Assembly: GCA_046290225.1 (NCBI GenBank)
Contig: JBKAGE010000045.1
Location: forward strand, 1 to 64,000
DNA from: Bradymonadia bacterium
Lineage (GTDB): Bacteria > Myxococcota_A > Bradymonadia > UBA7976 > UBA1532
Direction: 5' to 3'
DNA: 64,000 bases
Position 1 is the stretch's first letter. Every line of letters starts with the position of its first letter. Shown here in pieces: positions 47,074 to 56,610 of this stretch. The notes below the pieces were generated by a model. It had not been told where the DNA came from, ran no database searches, and worked only from the letters and a program-made list of their open reading frames with translations. Position numbers and translations under genes: made by a program.

Positions 47074-47594
47074 CGGACCAGAGCCCGAGGTGGCTCAACC
47101 TGAGGGGCCGCGACATCACCCCTCAGGATCTACTCACCGGGTGTGGTGTGATGCATCCGCCGGTGCCCATCTTCGAACTCGCCCGGTGGCTCGACGTGCG
47201 TGTCGACTTCAGCGCGAACCACGCGGATGGGCACATGGTGCTCTCCAGCTCAGCCCTCATCGTGCTCAATAGCCGCAAGCCCGCGGTGCGTCAGCGCTTC
47301 ACCCTTGCCCACCTCGTCGCGCACATGCTGCTGCACACCGACGTCGTGGAGCTCGTCGAGGACTTTAACACGCGAGACATGGGCCCTGTGGCCCAGCGCC
47401 GGCAACCGCATCTGTGGGAGAGGGAGCGCGAGGCCGATGACTTCGCCGCCGAGCTGCTCGTGCCCAGCAAGATGCTTGACCTGGACCTGCTCGAGGAGAA
47501 GTGGCGAGACCCCGACCTGCTGGCGCAGCGGTATCAGGTCTCGCCCACCACGATGCAGGTGCGGTTGAAGGAGTTGCTCAAGCCTGGGCCCTGA
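47070..47594 (+). CDS. ImmA/IrrE-family metallopeptidase-like protein lacking the catalytic Glu
   Basis: RQRFTLAHLVAH (HExxH to HLxxH), EREADDFAAELLVP. Confidence 0.8.
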   Translation: MTDQSPRWLNLRGRDITPQDLLTGCGVMHPPVPIFELARWLDVRVDFSANHADGHMVLSSSALIVLNSRKPAVRQRFTLAHLVAHMLLHTDVVELVEDFNTRDMGPVAQRRQPHLWEREREADDFAAELLVPSKMLDLDLLEEKWRDPDLLAQRYQVSPTTMQVRLKELLKPGP

Positions 47595-47603
47595 TCTGCC
47601 CCG

Positions 47604-47987
47604 TCAGGCGGCGTGGAACTCTTCGGCGATGCCCAGCAGGATTTCGGTGGGGATCCCAAGGCCCACGTGGAGCTTGCGGATCATGTCGAGCGAGAGGCTG
47701 CGCTTACCGGAGAGCACCTCCGACACACGGCCACTGTGCCCGATGTAGGGCTCCAGGTCCTTACGGCTGAGCCCCTGCTGCTCCATGCGAAACTTGATGG
47801 CCTCGATGGGCGAGGGCGGTGGCAGAGCATGGTGCCGGCGCTCGTATTCGTCGATGAGCACCGAGAGCACTTCCATGGCGTCGCGGGCGTCCTGGTCAGA
47901 CGCCAGCCGAGGCCACAGATCGTCGACGAGAGCCACAGCACGGGCGTGATCTGCATCATCACGGATGGGGCGGATTTCGATGCTCAT
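47604..47987 (-). CDS. higA: HigA-like antitoxin (no cognate toxin adjacent)
   Basis: IRPIR..LIDEYE..PIEAIKFRMEQQGL..KRSLSLDMIRKLH. Confidence 0.9.
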   Translation of the reverse strand: MSIEIRPIRDDADHARAVALVDDLWPRLASDQDARDAMEVLSVLIDEYERRHHALPPPSPIEAIKFRMEQQGLSRKDLEPYIGHSGRVSEVLSGKRSLSLDMIRKLHVGLGIPTEILLGIAEEFHAA

Positions 47988-48020
47988 GCTGTGCTCCTCT
48001 GAGGATGCACCATTGATGGC

Positions 48021-50042
48021 TCATGTCTTGAGCCCCTTCAAGTACTCCGCCCACCTCGAGGCGATGACGCCCCAGTCCAACCCGCGGGCGCGCTCCACTG
48101 CCTCACCTGCCAGCCGGCGACGCATCGCAGCATCAGCGATGGCCTGAGCGACTGCCTCTTCGAGATCATCATGGGGCACGACAAGGGCATCTTGGTCGTG
48201 GGTGGCGTACTCGTCGACGCCGCGGCACTGAGTGCTCACGAGGGTGGCGCCAGAGGCCATCGCTTCGAGGCCAGTGAGCCCGAAACCCTGGTACTCGCTG
48301 GGCTCGACAACGATGTCCACCTGGGCCATCAGCTCGGCGAGGTCCCTTCGGCCCAGGCGACCGTGGCGACCGCAGGCGCCGACACAGCTGGGCACGTTCG
48401 CTTCGTGGCCCGTCCACCCGAACAGCTCGAGGGAGATGCGATCTCCAAAGCGGCGGTGCAGGCCTTCGTACACCTGGCGCAAGCGAGCCATGCCCCGACG
48501 CACCGCGGTCTTGGGCCGCCACATGGCGAGTACTCGCACTCGGCGGTTGTCGCGGGGCCCTCGGGGATGGAACAGGGCCGTGTCTACGCCGGCGGGAATG
48601 ACGGAGTACTTCTCCCGCTGCAGCCCGAGGTCCTCGGCGGCGGTGTCGAGGATCCAACGCGAGACGCCGATGCCGCGGCCGATGTCGATGAACCCGCGGA
48701 TCATCTCTTCGGTCATGCCCCGGCGACCGTTGCCCTCGAACCAGTCTTCTCGATCCTGGAGCACCGTGGTCAGCTGGAGGTCGGGGTTGCTGTCCACGAT
48801 CTCTCGGGCCACCTTCCCAGCACCCCAGTGGCTGGCCACGACGATGCCCTCGCTCCAGCCCAGGTGCCGGCGCCAGTCGGTCTTGAGCTGCGAGGGATGG
48901 CGCACCATGACCGGCGGCACCTGCGGGCGGAACTGGTGCGGTGTGAGGCTGTGCCCCACGACCTGAGCCCAGACGCCGTGCTTGTGGAGTCGATCTGCCA
49001 GCTCGAGCAAGAGAAGTACTCCACCCCAGGGGCCGACGTTGGAGGTGTAGAGTGCCACCGGCAGGCCTTGTGGCCGATGGTATGCCACTGCAGCACGGGC
49101 TGCGCTCGTCTCGATACCCCAACACGATGATGCGCCGCCGTCGGTGTCCACGAGCTCGCTGATGGGCCCAGGTCGATCATGGGCCCGCCACACGAAGGCG
49201 CTCTGACACACCACGGTGGTGCTTCGGATGCACGGGCGCTTGCCCTCGGCCATCTGTGCCACCAAGGGGCCGCACAGCAGCAGCACCCCGGGGTGTCTGG
49301 GGCAACCAGGGATCGGGGGCAGGGCAGATCCCCTGAGGGCAGCATCGATCTCCGCCGGCGGCAGGCCACCTCGGATCCGGGGATGAGGGCTTGTGGCATC
49401 GCCGGGGGCGGGCAGGTCCGTCGGGGCGCTCACGTTGCACAGAGGCACGACCGCGCCGGCGCCGTTGGCCTCCCGTGCTGCCAGAAGACGATCACCGAGG
49501 CCTTCGCCGACGACGACACCGTGCTCGATGATCAGTGCAGCCCCGACATTGCCCTCGTCGAGGATCGGACCGAGCAGGTGGTGAAGCCGACCGCCCTCGA
49601 GGAGATCAGCCGCGGTGTCATCGGGGCCCAACTGGATCTCAACGAGGGGCCCATCGGTGTATGCCGAGATCTCCAGCTGCTGCTGCGGCGCATCCATGGG
49701 ACCCCCACCAAAGGGGCTGTCGATGGCCCGACCTGGCCAGGGCTCAGCGCCGTTGTGTCGGTTGCTCATGACGGCCTTTCGTTTCTTGGGCGGCTCGGGG
49801 CGTAGAGGGCGTGCCAGGGCCTGTCGTGGCTCTGGGGCATACCCGAGGCGGGCCGAGACCTCCTTGGGCTCCAGAGCGGCGCCCAGGTGGCTCACGGCGT
49901 CGTTCGGAAGGTGCCTGTAGTGCCAGGCCAGGATGTAGTCACCCGGACGCACCTCGATGGGTGCCTGCCCAGGCAAAGACAGCGTCGTCGGCGCCGGGCC
50001 CCCATACCTGCGCCACAGCTCGAGGTCGAGGATGCTCCTCAT
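48021..50042 (-). CDS. glycosyltransferase with C-terminal GT-B/GT4 domain
   Basis: GVDTALFHP, PSEYQGFGLTGLEAMASG. Confidence 0.85.
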   Translation of the reverse strand: MRSILDLELWRRYGGPAPTTLSLPGQAPIEVRPGDYILAWHYRHLPNDAVSHLGAALEPKEVSARLGYAPEPRQALARPLRPEPPKKRKAVMSNRHNGAEPWPGRAIDSPFGGGPMDAPQQQLEISAYTDGPLVEIQLGPDDTAADLLEGGRLHHLLGPILDEGNVGAALIIEHGVVVGEGLGDRLLAAREANGAGAVVPLCNVSAPTDLPAPGDATSPHPRIRGGLPPAEIDAALRGSALPPIPGCPRHPGVLLLCGPLVAQMAEGKRPCIRSTTVVCQSAFVWRAHDRPGPISELVDTDGGASSCWGIETSAARAAVAYHRPQGLPVALYTSNVGPWGGVLLLLELADRLHKHGVWAQVVGHSLTPHQFRPQVPPVMVRHPSQLKTDWRRHLGWSEGIVVASHWGAGKVAREIVDSNPDLQLTTVLQDREDWFEGNGRRGMTEEMIRGFIDIGRGIGVSRWILDTAAEDLGLQREKYSVIPAGVDTALFHPRGPRDNRRVRVLAMWRPKTAVRRGMARLRQVYEGLHRRFGDRISLELFGWTGHEANVPSCVGACGRHGRLGRRDLAELMAQVDIVVEPSEYQGFGLTGLEAMASGATLVSTQCRGVDEYATHDQDALVVPHDDLEEAVAQAIADAAMRRRLAGEAVERARGLDWGVIASRWAEYLKGLKT

Positions 50043-50266
50043 CAGCCAACCCCCTTGAGCCAGGACCAGAGCGCCCGCCAGTAGTTGCGGACGTAGGGCG
50101 ACACGTAGACCAAGAGCCGCCCAGTGAAGGGCAGATGCTCTGTGAGGACGCAGGGCCACCCATCGAGCCTCGAGCACTGCTCGTTGGAGCACAGGCGGTG
50201 CGGTAAGCCGTAGTACACCACCCGGTGCTGGTGGGCGCCGCAGGACGGGCACTGGTCGGTCGTCAT
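50042..50266 (-). CDS. small Cys-rich protein
   Basis: CPSC..CSNEQC; coupled on both sides. Confidence 0.6.
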   Translation of the reverse strand: MTTDQCPSCGAHQHRVVYYGLPHRLCSNEQCSRLDGWPCVLTEHLPFTGRLLVYVSPYVRNYWRALWSWLKGVG

Positions 50267-50880
50267 CGAAGCTGCTCCAGAAGATCGAGGCTGTTCAGGA
50301 TCAAACTCCGAGTGCCCCTCGCGTCGCCCAAAGCGGTGTGGAGACCACCATGTGGGATCTCAGCGCCGAGGTAGCTCCAGGCATCAGCAGTGCCCACGAA
50401 CTCAGGCGGCATAGCGCCGGTGGAGGCCAGGGCCAGCTGTAGAGCGTGGGTGTCGACCAGCCTGTGGCTGAAGAAGCGCCGGAAGAAGCCAGGCTCGAGG
50501 GCGAGATGCTCGAGCCGCAGCAAGAACCCCCAATCGAAGTGGGCGTTATGCGCCCCGAAGAGCAGCGGTGCCCCGCGGTGATCTGGACGTTGCTCGGCGC
50601 AGCGCTGGGCGATGGGCGTCAAGAAGCGTTCGATCTGCCTGAGGGCCTCGGCGGGCAGGACACCCTCGTCGCGCACAACCTCGAGGTCGATCTTGTTCAC
50701 CTCGAGGGCCTCTTGCTCGACGGAGAGCTCGGGCTCTCTCACGTAGAGGCGAAGCTCTTCGCCATCGGGCCCCACGAGTCCTACCTCAAGGAGCGAGTGG
50801 AGCCAGGGATCTGTGCCCCCGGTCTCCACGTCGACGGCGACAATGCGATCTCGCATCTGCTGCAGCGACGGCGGCCTCAA
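50263..50880 (-). CDS. DnaQ-like DEDDh 3'-5' exonuclease
   Basis: VDVETGG, AHNAHFD, HTALGDA. Confidence 0.92.
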   Translation of the reverse strand: MRPPSLQQMRDRIVAVDVETGGTDPWLHSLLEVGLVGPDGEELRLYVREPELSVEQEALEVNKIDLEVVRDEGVLPAEALRQIERFLTPIAQRCAEQRPDHRGAPLLFGAHNAHFDWGFLLRLEHLALEPGFFRRFFSHRLVDTHALQLALASTGAMPPEFVGTADAWSYLGAEIPHGGLHTALGDARGTRSLILNSLDLLEQLR

Positions 50881-51638
50881 GGGAACTGCCTGCGGGTGGG
50901 AGGTGGCAGCATCTGATGAAAGCGATCAGTGAGCTCGCGGTACATCTCCATGTGATGCTTTGCCGCATCGGTCTTGATGGCGGTCCCGAGCTCGCCGTCT
51001 TTGACTTCAGTGATGGCGCCAGCGCCAGACCCCTTCCGGCGATGCAGGGCAGCCTCGGCGATGGTGAGGAGCCGACTGATGTCCTGACCCTCGCAGTCCT
51101 GTGCTGTGGCATACCGAGTCGTGTTGTAGCTGAAGACCACGCTGTGCACCTGCACCGGCGTCGGCATCAGGTAGACGCTGGCTTCGCTGCTGTCCCGATC
51201 GTTGTAAGTCACCCCTTCGCCGAGGAGGCGCGACAGCGCCTTGCGCTCCCGGGCCAGGATGGCCACCGCCGAGGGCTCGATGGAGGTGCGGGTTCCGATC
51301 TCATTGATGGGTCGACCCAGGCTCTGGCCGAGCAGTCCCAGGACGTGACCCCACCCCTGCCAGGACGACACCCCAGGGCTCTGGTCCAAGGGCCACCAGA
51401 CGTGACGCAGGCCCACGGCACCCTCGGGAAGGGGCTGGTACACTTGCTGCCCGGGTACAGTCTGAAAGGTACCAACACCTGTGCGAGGGCGGTGGTTGTT
51501 CAGGATCTCGAGCCCCTCGATGATGGCCCCGTCGACCATCACGTCCGGCACGCTGACTGTGTCCTTGGGATACCCGACCGCCGTTCGCAGGTACTCGCGC
51601 AAGGCGTGCGGGGTCCCAATGCGCTCTCTGAGCGTCAT
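50877..51638 (-). CDS. putative neck/head-tail adaptor protein
   Basis: LREYLRTAVGYP..V..AIIEGLE; YLMPTP; resembles T4 gp13-type neck N-terminus. Confidence 0.55.
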   Translation of the reverse strand: MTLRERIGTPHALREYLRTAVGYPKDTVSVPDVMVDGAIIEGLEILNNHRPRTGVGTFQTVPGQQVYQPLPEGAVGLRHVWWPLDQSPGVSSWQGWGHVLGLLGQSLGRPINEIGTRTSIEPSAVAILARERKALSRLLGEGVTYNDRDSSEASVYLMPTPVQVHSVVFSYNTTRYATAQDCEGQDISRLLTIAEAALHRRKGSGAGAITEVKDGELGTAIKTDAAKHHMEMYRELTDRFHQMLPPPTRRQFP

Positions 51639-51681
51639 CGTCTGGCTCCTTGATGTGAGAGGAAGGTGGGGTGGGCGTCTG

Positions 51682-52341
51682 TCAGCTGACGGCTGAGCCC
51701 TTGCGGCTGCTCATGCCCAGGGAGGCCATGCGCTCTTCGTTGCGCTGGTCCCTGATGAGCACTGAGAAGTGCAGAACTGGCGGGCGGCTGTCGAACTCCT
51801 CTACGAACCGCTTGATGGCGTCGTTGCTCTGCCGGCTCATGATGAAGTGCTGAGCCTGGAACACCGAGTGGTGGATCTGCTCCCCCTCCCGAGTCACATA
51901 CCCATCGTAGTCGGTGCCTTTGGTGTAGTAGCAGGTTTCGATTCGCTGCCCTTTGTGATCAAAGTAGGCCTTCGACGGGACGTCCTTGGGCTTTGCCGGT
52001 GGGATGACGTCGAGCGTTGGCAACACCGCGCGACCGTCTGGCCACTGTTTCGTGTATGCCTTGATGAGGTTGCGGGCCTGCTTCACCGTCAGCTCGGGCG
52101 TCACGCCGAAGGGTCCGACCTCCACCTGCCGGAAGGCTTGCTGCTTCGCCCCAATGGGCATGTTGATGGTGATGGTGCCAAGCCCCAGATGTACCAAACG
52201 CACCTTCGCTGTGGCCTGAAGCCCGTCGAGGGCCTTGAGACCACCAAGAGGCCTTGCCAGTCCGCCCTGGCCCTCCTCCATGACTCCTGACTGATCTGCG
52301 CCGCTCTGGCTGGCAGCTTCTGTTCCTCGCTTGCTGGGCAT
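51682..52341 (-). CDS. hypothetical late protein
   Basis: AGGAG RBS; late motif upstream. Confidence 0.6.
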   Translation of the reverse strand: MPSKRGTEAASQSGADQSGVMEEGQGGLARPLGGLKALDGLQATAKVRLVHLGLGTITINMPIGAKQQAFRQVEVGPFGVTPELTVKQARNLIKAYTKQWPDGRAVLPTLDVIPPAKPKDVPSKAYFDHKGQRIETCYYTKGTDYDGYVTREGEQIHHSVFQAQHFIMSRQSNDAIKRFVEEFDSRPPVLHFSVLIRDQRNEERMASLGMSSRKGSAVS

Positions 52342-52379
52342 CTTTGCTCCTGTTTCCTTGCTGTGCTTGCCTGCGAGAA

Positions 52380-52411
52380 ACAGTGCAATCAGCGCAGCAA
52401 AGATGGCGAAA
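52380..52411 (-). promoter_or_regulatory. shared late-promoter-like motif, copy 7
   Basis: TTTCGCC-N19-CACTGT. Confidence 0.6.
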
Positions 52412-52504
52412 CGCGTTCGAGGCTCAGCGCTGGCTCGAGGGTCAACACGAGGGCAACACAAAAAACGTGTTGACTGAACATAGGGTCAGTTGTAGGGTTT
52501 CCCT

Positions 52505-52626
52505 CGGTGGGCCGGTTGGTCTTGGGGCCCTGCCCCGCCCCCCACACCCAAGGGCGGCCGACTCCACCAATCTTCTTGAACCCCCCCGAGCAACCTTGAC
52601 TCCCTGCTCGGGGGGGTTTTGTTTTT
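52505..52626 (+). ncRNA. candidate small RNA (long hairpin with C-rich loop plus terminator)
   Basis: TTGACT(52470)-17-TAGGGT promoter; stem 52506-52568 with G-U pairs; 14-bp terminator stem 52579-52618 plus T-tract; no credible ORF. Confidence 0.55.
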
Positions 52627-52630
52627 GGGC

Positions 52631-55552
52631 TCAGCCCACCTTTCCCCCAAGCACAGTCCATCCCTTGAACCGTCCCAGGAGACCAAGCCCGGGCACATTC
52701 GCTTGGTAGGTGCCGGTGTTGCGCAGATGGCAGCGACGTTGGCCCGGGATCTGGGTTTGGGCCACGATGGCCACATACCCGCGGGGTCGGAGCACCCTGC
52801 GCACCTCTTGGAGCAGGGGAGCGAGCTCGGCGTCGGTCATCTCTTCGACGCCGCCGGCGAGCAGCAGATCACTGGCATCGTCCGCGGGGAGATTTGCGAT
52901 CGTCGACGAATCGACGATGCGCGCCTCGATGTCCTTGCTGCCCAGCATCTCTACAGCAACCTGAGCCCACGCCCCGAGAGCCAACACCGGGCCGTGTCGA
53001 CGGCGCAGGCGTACGAACTCGATGCTCTCGATGCACTTGGCCAGGGCCTGCGCTTGAGCATCCTCGAGAGCGCCCACCTGGGGCATCGCGCCGACTACAG
53101 CTGAGCACTTTGGCAGCGGTAGAGGATCACCCCAGGGCCCGGCGGACATGATGACTGCCGTCTGTGCCTCGTCGCCGGCTTGCACGGCTTGGTCGTAGAT
53201 GCTCCCGGCTGGATCTTTGATGATCTGGAACTCACCTTCCTCCCGGGCCAGAGCCACCATGGGCACACCCTGATCCCGCGCGGCCAGCGCAACGAAGAGA
53301 TCTGCCATGTTGGGTTGGGTAAACATCTCCAGTCTCAGGGCCAGCGTCGAGGTGTGGTAGGCCATCACACCAGTCCCGAGCACATGGACCGGCGTATCGG
53401 CATCAGACGCTTCGGTCATGTGGCGGACCGTTCGATCCTGATAGTACGAGCCCACGTCCCCATGCAGAACGGCCCCGTGAAACCCAAGCACGGCCTGGCG
53501 CTGGTAGTTCTCGATGCGCGCCGCGAGCACTGAGGCGTACAGCTGCGGATACTCGATGTCGTCGTCGACAAGCAGGTGGTATGCCCCCTGGCCCTGCCGG
53601 AACTTCCACAGCAGGCGCTCGCTGCGATCGGCGTAGTAGGCCTCGGAGAGGAGATCCTCGACCCAGAGCATCTTGCCGGCGTCGCCGAGGGTGTTGTCCT
53701 CGAGGCGCACCGTGATCCAGGGCCTGTCGAGCCACTCAGGTGCTTCGTCCCAGCCGTTGAGGCAGATGTTCAAATGGTCGACTTGACCCTCGAGCCGGCG
53801 GACCACCTCTCGCAATGACTCTGCCCGCCGTGGGATCGCAGCCATCGACGCGATGACGGGGCAGGCAAGGTGGTGGGCCAACTGCCAGCAGCGGTCATCG
53901 CCGTCGACGTGGTTGATGGTGATCAGATCAACCTTGGCCCGAGCCTCAGGGTTCATCATGGATTCACCATACAGGTGCACCACCAGGCTGCCCTTCACCC
54001 GATACTGATGCAGGCCTGCGCCATCGAGGGCCCGAGAGAGCATCATGCCCACCCCACACGAGAGTGATGGGTCTTGGTCCCATCGATCCGCCGGCGGCTC
54101 GGGGCATGTCCACTCCATGGCCTCATGAAAGACTCGATCCGCGGCGAAGGCGCCATCGACCCAACTGATCTCATCAACCGGACCTCGACCCACAGGCGTG
54201 TGCCCCGTCCAGCAGGTGGTGTCAGGGCTATTGCGTGCCGAGTCGATGTGGAGCACCAGCGTGGCTCGATCTTCCTCGGGCGCAGATGCCCAGGCCTCGT
54301 CGAGGCGCTCGAAGAACCTGTCACACAGGCGCATATCGTCATCGAAGTACACCCACAGGCGCGGTGACTCGAGGCGCTGAGCGGCCATCTGCAGGCCACG
54401 CCATCGGCAGTACCCTCGCTTGCCATGGTTCGTGTCGGCCCTGACGTAGAGCCACCCCTTCTCGGCAAGGAAGCGCCGCACCACCAGCATGTCAGCGGTG
54501 CTGGCATCGTCGTATACCTGCACCCCGATCTGGGTCGAGGTCGCCTCGCTCTCCCGGGCCAGGTCGAGCAGTAGATCGAGCAGCTGCCCAGGGCGGTTGA
54601 AGGTCGAGATCACCACCTGCACGCCCCCGGTGGGGCACTGGGGCACTGCCAGAGCCGGCAGGTCAACCCCTGAGACGATGCCGAGCTGCTCGAGCCACCA
54701 GTCCGCCTCGGCTTTGATCTCGGCGGCCTTCTGCTCCCTGCGGGCCTGCTTCTCGTTCTGGCCCTTTGTGCGCCCCTTGTCCTTGCGGTGGGGCTGGTGG
54801 AGGATCCGAACACTCGCCAGCAGCCGGATGTCGAGGACACCCTCTCGCTGCAGCCCCTTGAGGCGGTCGATGATCTCCTCTTTGTTGCCACCCCAGCCGG
54901 TGAAGTACTCGTCGAAGCCCCCGAGAGCCTTGAGGATGGCCCGGGGGATGATGGGCATGCCCTCGGGCAGGTCCGACACCCTCACGCTCGCCGGCGGCCC
55001 AGGCTGGTATCGATCCAGGAACCCAGAGTGCACGGGCTCGAACTCATCGAACTTGCCCACGAGATCGGCCCAGGTCTGCTTCCCCTTGACCCATGAGCTC
55101 GACGCGCGGATCCACTTCGAGGGTGTGCCGGTGATGCCACCCATGCACGGCGTCAATACCGCGGGCAGGCCCCGATGCGTCGCCGCGGTCAACTCGGCCA
55201 GGGCGTGAGTGATCGCGTGGGGCGGGAGGATGAAATCGCCATCCATGATCCAGCACCACAGCGCCGTCGACGCTCGCCACGCTGCGTTGCGCGCGTGGTT
55301 GCGGTGGGGCAGCTTGGCCCCCTCGGGCCGGGGGCTGTCCACCACCATGACGTCATGACGGCACGTGGGGGCCAGCTCGGCCACCAGCGCCTGCACAACA
55401 CCATCGGGATCTGGTCCATCGACGGCGACGATGACGTCGAAGAGATCTGGTGCGCAGTCTTGGGCGCTCAGAGACAGCAACTGGCGCCGAAGCAGCTCGA
55501 CTCGATCAGACGCCGAAGACGTTGGGATACAGACGGACAGATAGGCAGACAT
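52631..55552 (-). CDS. multi-domain glycosyltransferase (three GT-A modules plus C-terminal methyltransferase-like domain)
   Basis: LSVCIPT..DGDF..GGFDEYFTGWGG; VVISTFNR..DDAS..FDDD; IPRR..DAGK..VDDDIEYP..GTG; EVRRVLRPRG. Confidence 0.85.
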   Translation of the reverse strand: MSAYLSVCIPTSSASDRVELLRRQLLSLSAQDCAPDLFDVIVAVDGPDPDGVVQALVAELAPTCRHDVMVVDSPRPEGAKLPHRNHARNAAWRASTALWCWIMDGDFILPPHAITHALAELTAATHRGLPAVLTPCMGGITGTPSKWIRASSSWVKGKQTWADLVGKFDEFEPVHSGFLDRYQPGPPASVRVSDLPEGMPIIPRAILKALGGFDEYFTGWGGNKEEIIDRLKGLQREGVLDIRLLASVRILHQPHRKDKGRTKGQNEKQARREQKAAEIKAEADWWLEQLGIVSGVDLPALAVPQCPTGGVQVVISTFNRPGQLLDLLLDLARESEATSTQIGVQVYDDASTADMLVVRRFLAEKGWLYVRADTNHGKRGYCRWRGLQMAAQRLESPRLWVYFDDDMRLCDRFFERLDEAWASAPEEDRATLVLHIDSARNSPDTTCWTGHTPVGRGPVDEISWVDGAFAADRVFHEAMEWTCPEPPADRWDQDPSLSCGVGMMLSRALDGAGLHQYRVKGSLVVHLYGESMMNPEARAKVDLITINHVDGDDRCWQLAHHLACPVIASMAAIPRRAESLREVVRRLEGQVDHLNICLNGWDEAPEWLDRPWITVRLEDNTLGDAGKMLWVEDLLSEAYYADRSERLLWKFRQGQGAYHLLVDDDIEYPQLYASVLAARIENYQRQAVLGFHGAVLHGDVGSYYQDRTVRHMTEASDADTPVHVLGTGVMAYHTSTLALRLEMFTQPNMADLFVALAARDQGVPMVALAREEGEFQIIKDPAGSIYDQAVQAGDEAQTAVIMSAGPWGDPLPLPKCSAVVGAMPQVGALEDAQAQALAKCIESIEFVRLRRRHGPVLALGAWAQVAVEMLGSKDIEARIVDSSTIANLPADDASDLLLAGGVEEMTDAELAPLLQEVRRVLRPRGYVAIVAQTQIPGQRRCHLRNTGTYQANVPGLGLLGRFKGWTVLGGKVG

Positions 55553-55579
55553 CGTTTGCTCCTATACGGGTGTCCGTGG

Positions 55580-55611
55580 AGCCTCTCAGCGCCTCCCGAG
55601 ATGCGACGAAA
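55580..55611 (-). promoter_or_regulatory. shared late-promoter-like motif, copy 8
   Basis: TTTCGTC-N19-GAGGCT. Confidence 0.6.
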
Positions 55612-55751
55612 CCGGAAGAGGGAGGAGGAGCAAGCGCGCCGCTGTGGATCGCGAGAGAGCGTTCGACGACGACAGTGATCCAGGCGGTGCCAGCACCTGG
55701 ATCACTGCGAAGCAAGTACAGGCAAGGACGGCGACGACGACTGTGAGCGGA

Positions 55752-56189
55752 TCAGCCTGCCTTCTGGGCCGGGGCGGCGCCTACCAGATCCAAGGCCTCG
55801 GGGTGGGCGTCGAGTACTCGGAGCAGGTTCGACAGTGCCTGACTCGGCACGATGGAACCCGACTCATACTTATTGAAGGCTTTGACCCCGCCGCCGAGAC
55901 GGATCCCAGCCTGTCGCTGGCTCAACCCGAGGCGCTCACGGATCGTCCGAACCTGGGCCGGCGAGAGCACCCCCTTGGCCTCGGCGCGCAGTTCCTGGTG
56001 TGCCTCGAAGCTCATGCGCGCCTCTGCACCAGTGAACAGGGCCTCGCCACATGCATTGCACCACCAGCCGGGCTGCATGATCTCACGAGAGAGGGTCACA
56101 CCCCCATCGGTGTACTCAACGACGTCGGGGCGCGTCTCATGGACCATGCCAGGGGCGCCACAGGACGGACACGTGGGTTGCTTGCTCAT
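55752..56189 (-). CDS. mqsA: MqsA antitoxin
   Basis: CPSC..CNACGE Zn finger; LGGGVKAFNKYESG HTH. Confidence 0.92.
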   Translation of the reverse strand: MSKQPTCPSCGAPGMVHETRPDVVEYTDGGVTLSREIMQPGWWCNACGEALFTGAEARMSFEAHQELRAEAKGVLSPAQVRTIRERLGLSQRQAGIRLGGGVKAFNKYESGSIVPSQALSNLLRVLDAHPEALDLVGAAPAQKAG

Positions 56190-56212
56190 GTCGATTCTCC
56201 TGGCCTGCGGCC

Positions 56213-56530
56213 TTACTTCTCTTTGAACGAGATCAGCCGGTAGCTGAACTCGATGATCTGATCCTCGCCGAACTTCACATACAGCATGCGACCCTCAACC
56301 CTGATGCAGGGCACATGGTAGACGTCCTGCCACTTCCTGTGATCGCCGTGGACCGTCATGCTCTTGTAGCAATGGCGAGGCTTGATGGTCTCGATCAGGG
56401 TCAAGATCTCGGCTTCATAGTACCCGAGATCCCTGGCGGTCTTCGTGGCCGTTCGGGTGATGCTCAACCCACCCTCGCTCATCTGCTTCTTGATGGCGTC
56501 GAGAGAGTAGTGTGCGCTTCGCTTTTCCAT
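56213..56530 (-). CDS. mqsR: MqsR mRNA interferase toxin
   Basis: MEKRSAHYSL, YKSMT..DHRKWQDVY, ISFKEK. Confidence 0.93.
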   Translation of the reverse strand: MEKRSAHYSLDAIKKQMSEGGLSITRTATKTARDLGYYEAEILTLIETIKPRHCYKSMTVHGDHRKWQDVYHVPCIRVEGRMLYVKFGEDQIIEFSYRLISFKEK

Positions 56531-56548
56531 AATCCCTCGCCCAAACCG

Positions 56549-56567
56549 TGTCATCATTGTGGTGACA
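56549..56567. promoter_or_regulatory. palindromic operator in mqsRA promoter
   Basis: TGTCA-N9-TGACA overlapping the -10 of TTGACT-17-CACAAT. Confidence 0.6.
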
Positions 56568-56610
56568 TTGGAGTAAAGAGTCAATGGGGGGCGATTGCCC
56601 CCCGTGCGTT

